A stretch of DNA of 63,698 nt, filler included, from Reticulomyxa filosa (Eukaryota; Protista; Foraminifera), in NCBI GenBank assembly GCA_000512085.1. It is 26 parts of 26 records of this genome, joined end to end, with 100 filler letters (N's around TTAATTAATTAA, not from the genome) between each part and the next. Parts side by side here need not be neighbours in the genome. Positions count along the whole stretch, not along the records: positions 25,893 to 27,987 come from ASPP01047898.1; positions 28,088 to 33,322 come from ASPP01013905.1; positions 33,423 to 35,923 come from ASPP01010428.1; positions 36,024 to 40,127 come from ASPP01026611.1; 22 more parts are not named here. One strand, given 5' to 3'. The position numbers and the translations under genes are program-made. Positions 25,793 to 37,882 of this stretch are shown here, piece after piece. The notes below the pieces were generated by a model. The model did no database searches. It saw only the letters and a program-made list of their open reading frames with translations, and was not told where the DNA came from. Within the stretch, counting starts at the first letter, position 1, and every line of letters begins with the position of its first letter.

Positions 25793-28129
25793 NNNNNNNN
25801 NNNNNNNNNNNNNNNNNNNNNNNNNNNNNNNNNNNNTTAATTAATTAANNNNNNNNNNNNNNNNNNNNNNNNNNNNNNNNNNNNNNNNNNNNATGTAATT
25901 AAAAAGGACTTTGAGTATTGATATTCAATCAAATTTGATATTGTTTAATTGTTTGCCAATAAGTGGTATCTAATCTGCAAAGTCTTTTCATTTCTCCTGC
26001 ATCACTACAGCTGCAATCACAACATGGAACAAAAGGAATTAGATAATATTTATTAACTAAATTCCATTTGTATTTCACAAGAAGATTGTTTATAAAGAAA
26101 ATCACATAAGCAACACATATATTCAATGCTTGTGAGTAATATCATAATCAGACACTTGTCCCAATTATGCATAATCTTATTCTCTTCAATTAATACTTCT
26201 ATCATGAGATAGTTAAATAAAGTCAGAGCTTTCAACTATCGGAACAACAAATTTTAAAAAGAATAAATACGTGTACTTGATAGTAAAGATTTGAAAATTC
26301 TATTCCTGAGACTCACAAATATAACAGATGAATTTGAATTTGCGAGTTCTTTCAGCAGATCATTGATATGATGCAAAAAACTCAAAATAAAGATTTGAAG
26401 GCCTTCATGCCAAATATAAAAGATTACTCTAGGCAATTAATATAAAATGATTGCAAAGAATCCAAAACTAATGTGATACATAAAAAAAATACAAAAATAA
26501 AATTACGACGAGTTGAAGAGTTCCTAGTTCCAGAATTTTTATTTTCAATTTAAAAAATATTTTTGTTTATTTATTCTGAAATTATGATTATAGAATTATT
26601 TTATTATTTAAACCAGTCAAGTAGACTACAAAAGGGAGCTAGTTCAGTTTTTTTTAAGATGTAGAAAGTTTGTCTCTTGATAACAAACTGCAAAGACTTA
26701 CTTCCTGCTTACCCTTATTAGAAACGGTAGATTTCTTGTGGCTACACGTGAAGTCTGAGTTTTTACTTGGTAGTACTCAGAGCTCGACGTCAGTTAGTAA
26801 CCAACATATTCGTTCAATTGGAACACAATTCTCTCATATATAAAGCGGTTGATATGAAATGTGTGATATTCGATTTGGTGTTTTGTCATTGAAACTTGAG
26901 AACAAAAACTTTCTGTTTTCGTCATTGAAAAATTAATTAAAAAAATTTGTGATTTTTTTTTGTCTTCCAGTCGAACGAAAAATACAATCTTTGTTTAATC
27001 AATCAAAATAAAAAATATTCTTATCTGATGGTTGAAAAGCTATAATCTAAAAACCATTGTTAGGATAATCTGTCCAATAACGAAATCTAAGCATTTAAGG
27101 ACACTACAATAGCAGCGAAGGCAGCAAATCGTAATAACAATTAATTCCAAACCAAATCAAATACCAATGATAATAAAAAATATTTAAAATCGCATCACAA
27201 ATGGCTGCTTCTGTCCAATCTGCACGAATTACCGATGGTGCTATAAATGAAACCCTTCGACGCCAAAATCGTATTGGCATTGTGGTCATTGGATCTATTT
27301 TTTTTTATGTAATATTGTCTAGGCACTCCAAAGTTTAACTTTTAAAACTAACAAAAAAAGGTAAGATAACGGTAATTTACCTTTACTTAAACGAACTAAT
27401 AAACCGACAACTATGTTTTTTCAACAAAACACTCAAGTTTGACATGTTTACGACGTTTCTTCAAAAAGGGACAAAAAATTTAATATTGTTCTTATTCTTT
27501 CCATGTAGCAAGAGCTCTGACGATGATATTTAATAAAAATGATTGCAAAGTGTTTGATCTTCTGTCTGGAGAAAAAAATTATGCAAAATGTATGGAGTTA
27601 AAGGAAAAATTTCAACAATCGCTTTAGTTCTAAAAAAAATATCGTTAATCATTTGCCAAAATTGTTTTACTTTTTCGTTGTTTTTTCTTCTTTTCTAAAT
27701 AATTATTTTTGTCTCTTTTAGATCAATTTTTTACAAAATATTATTCTTGCATTAAAACTGCAAATGATATCATGAAAAGAAACCAAACTTCGAAAAGTCA
27801 GTATATAATTGATTTATTTGAAATGAAATGCATGAATCAAATATCAAAAAAGAAATAACATTTGAAATAATCACCAAAAATAGAAAGAAACAAGAATGTC
27901 TTGTTATAAACAAAATCAAACAAAAACAAAAGGGCCATACTGATGAACTTTTTGTTCAAAAAAGTAACAAGGTTAACACAAACAACANNNNNNNNNNNNN
28001 NNNNNNNNNNNNNNNNNNNNNNNNNNNNNNNTTAATTAATTAANNNNNNNNNNNNNNNNNNNNNNNNNNNNNNNNNNNNNNNNNNNNGTTTTTTCGTTTT
28101 TTTTTTTTTTTTTTTTTGAATTGTATTCT

Positions 28130-30429
28130 TGATATTATATGCTCCTAAGTTTCGGACAAGTGCTTTGTAATGATACCTTGTGGCAGATAAAAACTTCTTA
28201 CTTTGGAACCATCATGCGGGCAATGTGCTTTGAGTTTTATCTCACTTTTTTGTCGCGAGTGAGTCAGCAGGAAAACTTTACCAAATTCAAGGATTGCTTG
28301 AATTTAATCCAACGAGTTTCTGTTTTCTTCATTCAATATTTAATGTTCCAATCTTTTTATTTATTTATTTAATGTATATATATGTATATACATAAAAACA
28401 AAACAAAACAGAAAATAATAACTCAAAAAAAAGAACTTCCCTCAAAATCTGGAATCGCCTTTTTTCGCATTGTGCGCAGGATGTTACTTGCTCCAACCTC
28501 AATGTTCCAGATATAACGAATTGTCATTGAATGATAAAAAAAAGTTTCAAAACTTGTGCAAAATTGGCGCTTTGCTCTTTTTTCCTAATATCGAAAACTC
28601 GTGCGATGGCTCGATCAACTGCTGCATCTACTCTCTGTATGGACTTCTCCAGGTGTTTTGCACTTTTGTCTTTATTTGTCTCGTTGTCGGGGATATTGTT
28701 GTCCGTGATTTGTTGGCTATGTCGTTTGCACATTTGATAATTGATTTGTCGATCTGTCATTTGTCAGTTGTGTGATTGCGTGAATATATGTGTTGGCTTA
28801 GTGCATAACGATGCTCTTGACCCATATGGAAAACGACGCGAAAGTGGAGGCGGACAAAACCCCGGAAAAAGAATGGCATCGCAACTTTTTGGACTTTGTG
28901 TTGATCCAAAGATATCGCACCGTAATGGATTATTGCCAAACCAAAGCCAAGCAATTGCAAGACTTCTCCACCTTATTTTTTGACTTTACTGTGCAAATGA
29001 AGTCCAAATACGACGACTTTATATTTGACAAGTTTAATTACAAAAACCAAATCATTCTTTCTATTGTGTTGTTTGTTTTTGTTATCGCAAGTACAAAATG
29101 CACACCACAAACACAAAAATAAAAAAAAATGAGGGAGAAGATAATCCTTGAAAAGTATCCACAATTCAGTAGAAAGAAGGAACAATGTAGGGAGGACGAG
29201 TGGAACGAGGCCAATGATGAAATGTCTTCGAACATGGATGGACCGCCTTGGCCAGTCCCACCGTTTCCTTCCGCGACTGCGGCGAGAGACGTGGACATGG
29301 TGCAATATCTCAAAGAAGTCGAGATTAGTGAACTGAGCGCCGCTCCAAAGAACAAGCAAAAGAAAACGAGAAAACAAGATGAGACCAGTACTTGGGGTTG
29401 TCTCAACGTTGCTGTTGGTATTATTTTCTCTCCTTTTTTTTTTTTTTGCTTTGTTTGTGTGTGGGACTTAACAAAAAAAAAAAAAAAAAAAAAGGAGACG
29501 CAGCAGAACAAATGTGGGACCAAATGAGTCATTGTAGTATGGGAAGACAAAGTGACGACAACGCGACGATAATGTCGGTGTACAATCCAAAAGATGACAG
29601 AAGAAGGATTTATGGGTCTCGCAAAAAAAATACAAAGCGAAGTCCACAAGTAGAAAAGACTGCTCAAGAACCAGACAAGATTGATGAAGAGACTGGAAAA
29701 CCTGTTTTTGAGGCAGAAAAAATCCCCCCACAGACAGAAGTAGTACCAAAATGTGAAGATGGCCCAAAGGATTTCTTACTGTCTTTGAGTGCATTTCAGG
29801 CAATGGAAATGAACAAACAAAATCAACACAACAAACCCTCGGGCGATATCACTTTAATTGAAGACGAGGATATCACTGCACTTGCCAGGAGCGTAATCAA
29901 TGCTACTCCTACTCTTAATAATAGCAATAACATCGGGTATGACAATAATAATAATGGACATAACAATAACAACGGGCCTAGTCATAATAATGGACACGTC
30001 AACGCTAATGGATTCAACAATAACGGCTATGACCCTAGCAATGAATATAATGCTAATAATGGATACAACAATAGCAATGGATACAACAATAACAATAGAT
30101 ACAATAATAACAATGGATATAACACTAACCATGGATACAACACTGGCAACGGGCAAAATAGTAATAATGGGCATAATAGCAATGACCAACATAATATTGG
30201 CGAGGGCCATTTAAGGCAGTTCAATTGGATCCCTCCAAGTCTACCTCAATTTCTTCATGGACGGAACACAAACACCAGATGGAATCCTTTTCCCAATGAA
30301 TTGATACCTTTAACTAATCGCCAATTTCAGTTACATCCTACTTCCCAATATTGCCAAGCCATCAACGTCCAGCCAATTAGTCAAAATAATTCCACTGCCA
30401 TTGCATTCACGTCTGCACCTCCTTCGTGA
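28130..30429 (+). CDS. Hypothetical multi-exon protein with a C-terminal Asn/Gly/Tyr low-complexity region
   Basis: Chain of coding-like + strand ORFs separated by intron-like A/T tracts. No family recognised. Confidence 0.55.
29915..30200 (+). repeat. Coding 18-nt-period repeat (NGYNNN-type)
   Basis: Repeated AATGGATACAACAATAAC-like units. Confidence 0.75.
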
Positions 30430-30860
30430 GACAAGACAATAAGAGCATATCGAACACGTTTTAACTTCAATGCACTGTTTTTTTGCTGAAACCATGAAAA
30501 ACAACTTTTCAAAGATGTACAAATTTTTTTCTTCAATGTGATCCATCAACAAAAAGAGGGAAATGTCATACACAGCTGAGTTCTGTAGTTGAACTTTTCA
30601 TACTCAATACATTATTTTTGACTTAGACTAACTTTTCAAAATAATTTATGATGCCTAATTTGGCATTCAAATTAAACAAATCTTGTACATTGCATCCATT
30701 CATTACTATTAACGATTGTTTTAAATATTATTGATGCATACTATTTGAAAAATGCGTCAAGAGATACAAATTCGTAGTTCTTCAAGTAAAAACTTTTTTG
30801 TTCGAGCATTAACAGATAATAATCTTTTTTCATATCAAGATTTAAAGGCATCAACCCAAA

Positions 30861-31773
30861 ATGGCAGGCACACCTGAAGAATGGTTTAAAAATTTACCAG
30901 TGGTAACAAAGACATGGCTAGTCGCAGCAGTTCTCACAACAGTACTAACCCATTTTGGCGCAATTGATGTGTATTCACTACTGTTGCTCTTTCCAGCAAT
31001 TTGGAAACATTTTGAAGTTAATAAAACTTCACTTTCTTGTTTTGACCGCAGCTCCCAAGCCTCATGCTTCTCTGTTGATGACGTGTCAACATCAATTGAT
31101 CTATAACAAAAAAAGATCAAATAAAATACAAATCAACGAACAGATATGGAGGATAGTAACGACATTTTTGTACTTTGGAAAATTTAGCTTTGCTTGGATA
31201 TTTCAAATGTTCCTATTGGTTCGTTACACAAGCATGTTAGAAACAGAAGTATTAGATCCAAGTCCGAGGGGAACAGCTGAATTGGTGTATTTGATATTGT
31301 TTTGTGCTGTCGGATTATTGTTTTTTGCATGGATACTCGGTGGCACACTTCCATTTCTAGGGCCTGCGTTGACATTTTCACTGTTATACATTTGGTCACG
31401 TAAAAATCCTTATAGACAAGTCAACCTCTACGGCTTTGAGCTCAAAGCTTGGCACTTACCGTTTGTATTGACAGCCTTTGGAAGTATGTTTTCTGTACTA
31501 ATTTGACAAGAGAGAAGACTCGTTTTTTAGATCCGAATTTTCAACAATCTCTTTTTTTGTTTGTTATGCACAGTGTTGTTAGGAGGATCGCCTGTTTTGG
31601 ATATCTGTGGTATTTTGATTGGACACATCTATCATTACTTTGATGATATCGTTCCTCGCGTCTATGGAAAACGATATATTGGTTGTCCACAATGGCTTTA
31701 TAATATCTTTGATACTCGAACTGATGTAAGAAGACAAAACTGGAGAGGAGGAGAAGCTCACAGGCTAAACTGA
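30861..31773 (+). CDS. DERL2: Derlin (Der1-like ERAD protein), complete, 3 exons (30861-31016, 31144-31483, 31574-31773)
   Basis: WFKNLPVVTKTW, EIWRIVTTFLYFG, LYIWSRKNP, AWHLPFVL, GILIGHIYHYF; C-terminal WRGGEAHRLN SHP-like box. Confidence 0.9.
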
Positions 31774-32387
31774 TTTTTAAAATCTCAAAAATCTTTCAAA
31801 TATGCTATAACTCTATTTGTTTCGTCTTAACTCAAAGTGAGTGCTCTTTCTTCCAGTACATCTTTCTTTTCATTGCCTAAACAGAAGTAAAATAGAACTA
31901 GTTTTCGCTGAAACTCATTCTTAGTTATCCACCCATATGACGAACAGGACAAAAACTGCATAAGTGATTAAGAAATTTTTAAAATTTTTGCAATAAATAA
32001 AACATATTTTCCAAACGTTTCTGAGCCTTAAGGAGTTATTGCTTGTCACCACAAGATATCTATAAAATTATACACTATATTTTATTTATAAAAATAATTT
32101 TTTAAATGTACACCATAAATTCTCTATTCGATTCAAATCAGTTTATACCTGAAAAATCTAGAACTTTTCATCGTTCTTTTTAATACACTAATATCACAGC
32201 TTATTAAGCCTTGTTGTTAAATGAATGCACAACAGGACCGATGAAATTCGTAAACGACGTTTGTTTAAATAAATAACCCCAAAGAAAAGAAATAAAAACA
32301 AAAAATTCAAATGTTTACATTTGTGTTAATTATTCCCCCCTGACAAACAAACAAAAGAAGCCTTATTTTTTAAAATGAGACAAAATC

Positions 32388-33322
32388 TCAAGAAGTTCCA
32401 AATAAAATTTTGGAAGAAATGTAAAAATAGTTGCATTTTTTTAAAAAATTGTCAGAAATGAAAGTGTCAATTTTTTTGAAAGTATCAATTTGTTTGTCAG
32501 TCAAATCGCATTTCAAATCTGGATTGTCTGTGATTAACAACAACAACAAAACATATTAAAAAATTTTTAAAAAATAATAAATAAACAAAACTTTTTCGAA
32601 TTCTTTTAATATAATCTTTTGCGGCATCACAATCAAATAAAAATTTGAAATAACGAATTTGATTTAATAATTGTTCAGCAGAATAAGATTCACGCATAAT
32701 AGAACCACATCCAATTTTTGGACAAAAATTTCCTTGTAATGATAAAGATCTAGTTTTAAATAAACAGGTTGGATCATTACATACCCATTCACGATCATAA
32801 TATTGTGAAATGAATTGATCAATAGCTAAATGAACAGTATTTTTAATTATAGCAATATCTTGATCAGGAATACGAATTAATCCTTGACAACCATCAGTAG
32901 CACATAATAATCCACATTTAGCAGAATTATGAATATTAAAAACACCAGGAAATTGATAACTAGAATGACAAGATGGACATTGAATAATTAATGGTGAACA
33001 AGATTTATAACGTTCTTCGACATCAGTTAAAGCTTGTAATCTTAAATCTTCTTCTTCTTGATCATTATTATCAGCATACATACCACCAGTATTTGTAGAA
33101 ATATGACTTAAATGTTGAAATTTAGAAGAATCAAGTCCAAGAGCATGAGCTAATTGTCCTATATCAGTACCACGAATAGGATCACAATAACGACTAACAG
33201 GAGGTAATATTTGATTTTCAAGATACCAAAGTTTATCTGGTTGTAATGTATCTGATGAATTAATAATTTCTTGTAAATGATATGCTCTATCAGCTAAAGA
33301 TAAATTATGATGATTAATAATA
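32388..33322 (-). CDS. POLA1: DNA polymerase alpha catalytic subunit, C-terminal part (intron 32528-32591)
   Basis: LADRAYH...WYLENQILPPVSRYCDPIRGTDIGQLAHALGLDSSKF, then two Cys4 zinc modules (CPSC...C..DGC; CNDPTC...CPKIGC) and YSAEQLLNQIRYFKFLFD. Confidence 0.9.
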
Positions 33323-33422
33323 NNNNNNNNNNNNNNNNNNNNNNNNNNNNNNNNNNNNNNNNNNNNTTAATTAATTAANNNNNNNNNNNNNNNNNNNNNN
33401 NNNNNNNNNNNNNNNNNNNNNN

Positions 33423-34497
33423 TATGGGAAGGCGACGAAGTCGACCTGTCGCGGCTGCCGATCCAGCACTGCTGGCCGGGCGACGTGGCGCCGCTGATTA
33501 CCTGGGGCCTCACCGTGACCCGCGGCCCACACAAGAAGCGCCAGAACCTGGGCATCTACCGCCAGCAGGTCATTGGCCGCAACCGCGTCATCATGCGCTG
33601 GCTGGCGCACCGTGGCGGCGCGCTGGACTACTGCGAATTCCGTGCGGCCAACCCCGAAAAACCCTACCCGGTGGCCCGTGGTACTGGGCTGCGACCCTGC
33701 CACCATCCTGGGCGCGGTGACCCCGGTACCGGATACGCTGTCCGAATACCAGTTTGCCGGCCTGCTGCGCGGCAGCCGTACCGAGCTGGTGAAGTGCATC
33801 GGCTCCGACCTGCAAGTACCGGCCAGCGCCGAAATCGTGCTGGAGGGCCACATCCACCCCAATGACATGGCGATGGAAGGCCCTTACGGCGACCATACCG
33901 GCTACTACAACGAGCAGGACAGCTTCCCGGTGTTTACTATCGACCGCATCACCATGCGCGAGAACCCCGGTGTACCACAGCACCTATACCGGCAAGCCGC
34001 CAGACGAACCGGCCATCCTGGGTGTGGCACTGAACGAAGTATTCGTGCCCATCCTGCAAAAGCAGTTTCCGGAAATCGTGGATTTCTATCTACCCCCCGG
34101 AAGGCTGCAGCTACCGCATGGCGGTGATCAGCATCAAGAAACAGTACCCTGGCCACGCCAAGCGCGTGATGATGGGCTGCTGGAGCTTCCTGCGCCAGTT
34201 CATGTACACCAAGTTCATCGTGGTAGTGGACGACGACGTGAACACGCGCGACTGGAAGGAAGTGATCTGGGCAATCACCACCCGTATGGACCCGGTGCGC
34301 GATACTACGCTGATCGAAAACACCCCGATCGACTACCTGGACTTTGCCAGCCCGATTTCGGGCCTGGGCGGCAAGATGGGGCTGGACGCCACCAACAGCT
34401 GCCGGGCGAGACGCATCGCGAATGGGGCGTTCCTATCACCATGAGCAATGAAATATCGCGCCGTATCGATAGCATTTGGAATGATCTTGGCTTATGA
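33423..34497 (+). CDS. ubiD: 4-hydroxy-3-polyprenylbenzoate decarboxylase UbiD (bacterial, 5'-truncated, several single-base frameshifts)
   Basis: [18 protein letters not shown]...[10 protein letters not shown]...[12 protein letters not shown]...[13 protein letters not shown]...GKPPDEP...[26 protein letters not shown]...IDYLDFASP...[10 protein letters not shown]-rich, no introns. Confidence 0.95.
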
Positions 34498-34577
34498 GAG
34501 ATAGAATTTGTAGCCTAATGTAGTGCCATGCAAATAAAATGATGCCATTGCTTTAAAAGTCGGATAGCGACGCGCTG

Positions 34578-35923
34578 TTGCTGTCCGATTTTCTATCTGA
34601 CCCTGTGACAGAAGCGAGGCTCATTTTGCTACCCCACACCACGACGCTTGGCCGCACCCTCACTCTCACTCTGCTCTGCACCGCGTTGGCATTGGCCGGT
34701 TGCGGTGGTGGCGGCGGTGGGGGTAGCTCGAGCCAGAGCACCAGCAGCAATGCAGCAGGCGTTAACAGCCCCAGCCTGCAACTCAGCGTCACCAGCCAAT
34801 CAGGCGTAAGTACCAACAGCCTGAAAATCAGCGAGGAAGCCACCATCTCGCTCAAGGCCGTCGATAGCAGTGGCAATCCACTTAGCAACAAGATTGTTGA
34901 AATTGCCAATAGCGACAGCTCGCTCGGCACCCTTGAGGCCACCAAAGTCCTTACTGATAGTCAGGGTATGGCTACCACTCGCTTTACTGCCTCGACACAA
35001 TCTGGCGCAGGTGTGCTGTCAGCAAGCCTTGTTAACGGCAGCAGTACGATCAGTAGCAACAGCTTTAACTTCAGCGTGTCACCGGTTCAATTCAACTTGA
35101 GTACCGTACAGCTTGGCGTTGCCAGTATCACCACAGGCGGCACCGTCTCCGCAACCGTTACCGCCACCGATAACAGTGGCAATGCTCTAGATGTACCACT
35201 GGATGTGACCTTTACATCCAACTGCGCCTCAAACAACAAGGCATTGCTCGACAATGCCAGCAGCGCCACCGTGAAAAGCCAGACCATTTTGGTAATGGCA
35301 TCAAGCAAACCCGAGCCAGCGTGACATATACGGATAAAGGTTGCACAGGGGTAGACAAGATCACGGCATCAGCCAAACTCGGCACCGTCACCAAGAGCAG
35401 CACCACAAACCCGGATCTTGTCATTACAACCGTTGCAGAAACCCCGACATCCTTGGAGTTTGTCAGCGCAAACGCCCAAAAGCATCAAGCTGAAATCCTT
35501 GGGCGGTACCGTGAGCTCGGTCTTACTGTTCAAACTGAAAGACAAATTTGGCAACCCAGTCACCAACGCTCAGGTTACCTTCCAGTTGAATAGCACCGTG
35601 GGTGGCACCAGCCTGCAGCCGATCAGCAACAATCAGGCAGCCGTCAGCACACTCACTGGCACAACTGACACCAATGGCCAAGCTGCCGTTACCGTCTACG
35701 CAGGTAATGTCAGCACCATCGTTCGCGTCACCGCCAGTGTTGCATCAGGAAATGCCACCATTCAGACGCAGTCTAGTGATCTGACCATCTCGACAGGCAT
35801 TCCGCATCACAGCGGGTTTTCGTTGTCCACTAGCAAAGCCAATCCTGAGTTTCTGGGATATGACGGTGAAACCGTCACACTGAGTGTCTATGCATCCGAC
35901 CGCTTTGGTAACCCGACACCGGA
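34578..35923 (+). CDS. Bacterial lipoprotein with tandem Ig-like (Big_1/invasin-type) domains, 3'-truncated, frameshifted
   Basis: Lipobox LALAG-C then poly-Gly; repeated D..GNP...V.F and TD..G.A motifs; Ser/Thr-rich. True start uncertain. Confidence 0.8.
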
Positions 35924-36081
35924 NNNNNNNNNNNNNNNNNNNNNNNNNNNNNNNNNNNNNNNNNNNNTTAATTAATTAANNNNNNNNNNNNNNNNNNNNN
36001 NNNNNNNNNNNNNNNNNNNNNNNCGATGCCTGTTCCAATTTTACAAACAAGCATATTACTTTTCTATATTATTGATTATTC

Positions 36082-36112
<31 letters not shown>

Positions 36113-36169
36113 GAATAATCAATAATATGTAGGGGGGAAAGAAAAAAAAAAAAAAAAGCTTCACAAATG

Positions 36170-37514
36170 TTTGAACCTGCAACATGAGTGCCATGAGAAC
36201 TAGAAGGAACGACAACAGAAACGAGATTGCCGTTGTCATAAATATTCAATGAATAAACAAGCATGTCATGTTTGCTAATAAAGTCATATTCGTGTCTGAC
36301 ACGATAGTTGGTCATTGGCTTGCATGCGGACAAGTCGACGACCTCACCGCCGTCGCTTCCGCTGTCCTTGCTATCCTTGCTGTCGCCACTATTCACCACC
36401 TCTTGTTTGCTTTCTTCATTCAAGTTGCTGTCCTCGCCCTTGCAGCATTCAAAGTACTCGCGAGCGCTGCTGGTTTCCAACACACCCAGCCATTCATTGC
36501 CATTATGCCAAACAATCACATCGAACACAGGTCCAAGTTTTTCATTTTTCATTTTTTCCATCTTGTTTTTTTTTTTTTTTTAAAAAAAAAAATTGATTTA
36601 TTAGGTATCATACGTTATTAATTGTTATATCACATATTGTAATAACTAACTAACTAACTAAATAAATAAATAAATAAATATATATACATATATATTTATT
36701 TATTTATTTAATTTGCTTTGTTATCCTCAACTTCAGTCACTACAATCTTCAAATCATTGATTTTGTCTTGGAGATTCCTTTTCTCGTCCTTGTCCAATTT
36801 TTTGGTTGAGTCGTTCAGGTCTTTTTCGTATCCACTTATCTCTTGTCTCAGCTTTCCCAAGGCTTTGGCTTGCAGTTCATTGAACACTTTGGTTCGCTCT
36901 TTTTCCAATCGCGGCTTCGCCAGGCTATTGAAAAAGTAGTATCCTGGAATCACCCCAATATGGTACTCGTCCGATGGGTTCTTCCACTTCTTGCTTACGC
37001 GCAGTTTGCGACCAGTCAACCCAATTATTGTGCCATTTTCATCTGGCTTTACTATCTCTGAAGAGGTTTTACAGTTCATTTTTATGCACATATCGATTTT
37101 TTATGTGTGTTGGAAATTTTCACAATTTTTTTTTTTTTTTTGCCTTATCACGCTATTTACTGTGGGGCCTCTTTTGTCCGTTATTTTTTTTTTTTTTTTT
37201 TTTGAGTGGCAAATAACAGAAACAAGTTTGTCTTGTTGGAGAAAAAATTTGTAACTGGTTGTGTTGACATCTCCTGATCCTGATGCATCGATTATGTCCA
37301 AAAATTTCGGCTTGCCATCTGGGGTCACTGTCAGACCTTCCGCGGTGGGGTCACAACCACCGTCCAAAATTGCCACAAGAACTCCCTTTCCATTGTATTC
37401 CGGAAATTTCTCCAGAAACAACGTCGCACCAGTTTCTTGCTTTGGCATTACACCACCATCTGGGAATTTTAAACTCTCTGCGTGGATATTCAGAGAATCG
37501 GAGGAATACATCAT
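36170..37514 (-). CDS. TPP2: Tripeptidyl-peptidase II, 5' part (3 exons)
   Basis: MPKQETGA..FL...PEYNGKGVLVAILDGGCDP...TPDGKPK..DIIDASGSGDV; GLTGRKL...WKNPS; NIYDNGNLVSVV..SSHGTHVAG (catalytic Asp and His). Confidence 0.93.
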
Positions 37515-37882
37515 TCAGATTATATTCAAGGAACGTGTCGTCTTACAAAAGAGTTTTGTTTACTATTCGTCTTGCTCTTGCACTTGTCTTTGTTGATATA
37601 AGGCTTGATCAATTAAACATAAAACAAGATAACCAACATAATTGTCATTAGCTTTCTTTTTTGAGTATTTTTTGGAATTGCTCAAAAAGAGAAGCACTTG
37701 TATTACAGTTAGACGGTTTTTCTCCTACAACTTTTGCTCTAAACTTTGCTTGTAGCCATATGCATGGGAGTACACGTCTACTTGCGTTAGCCTAAGTGTG
37801 AACGCTAGTCCTTCCTTTAAAGATTTTTTGTTGAAAAAACCCTTGCATAAATATTTGTTCACGAGAATAAAGTCATAAAATA

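Noticed and set aside
32388-37514. Horizontal transfer of ubiD between Pol alpha and TPP2
   Set aside because: Spacers on both sides, so there is no sequence continuity with the eukaryotic contigs.
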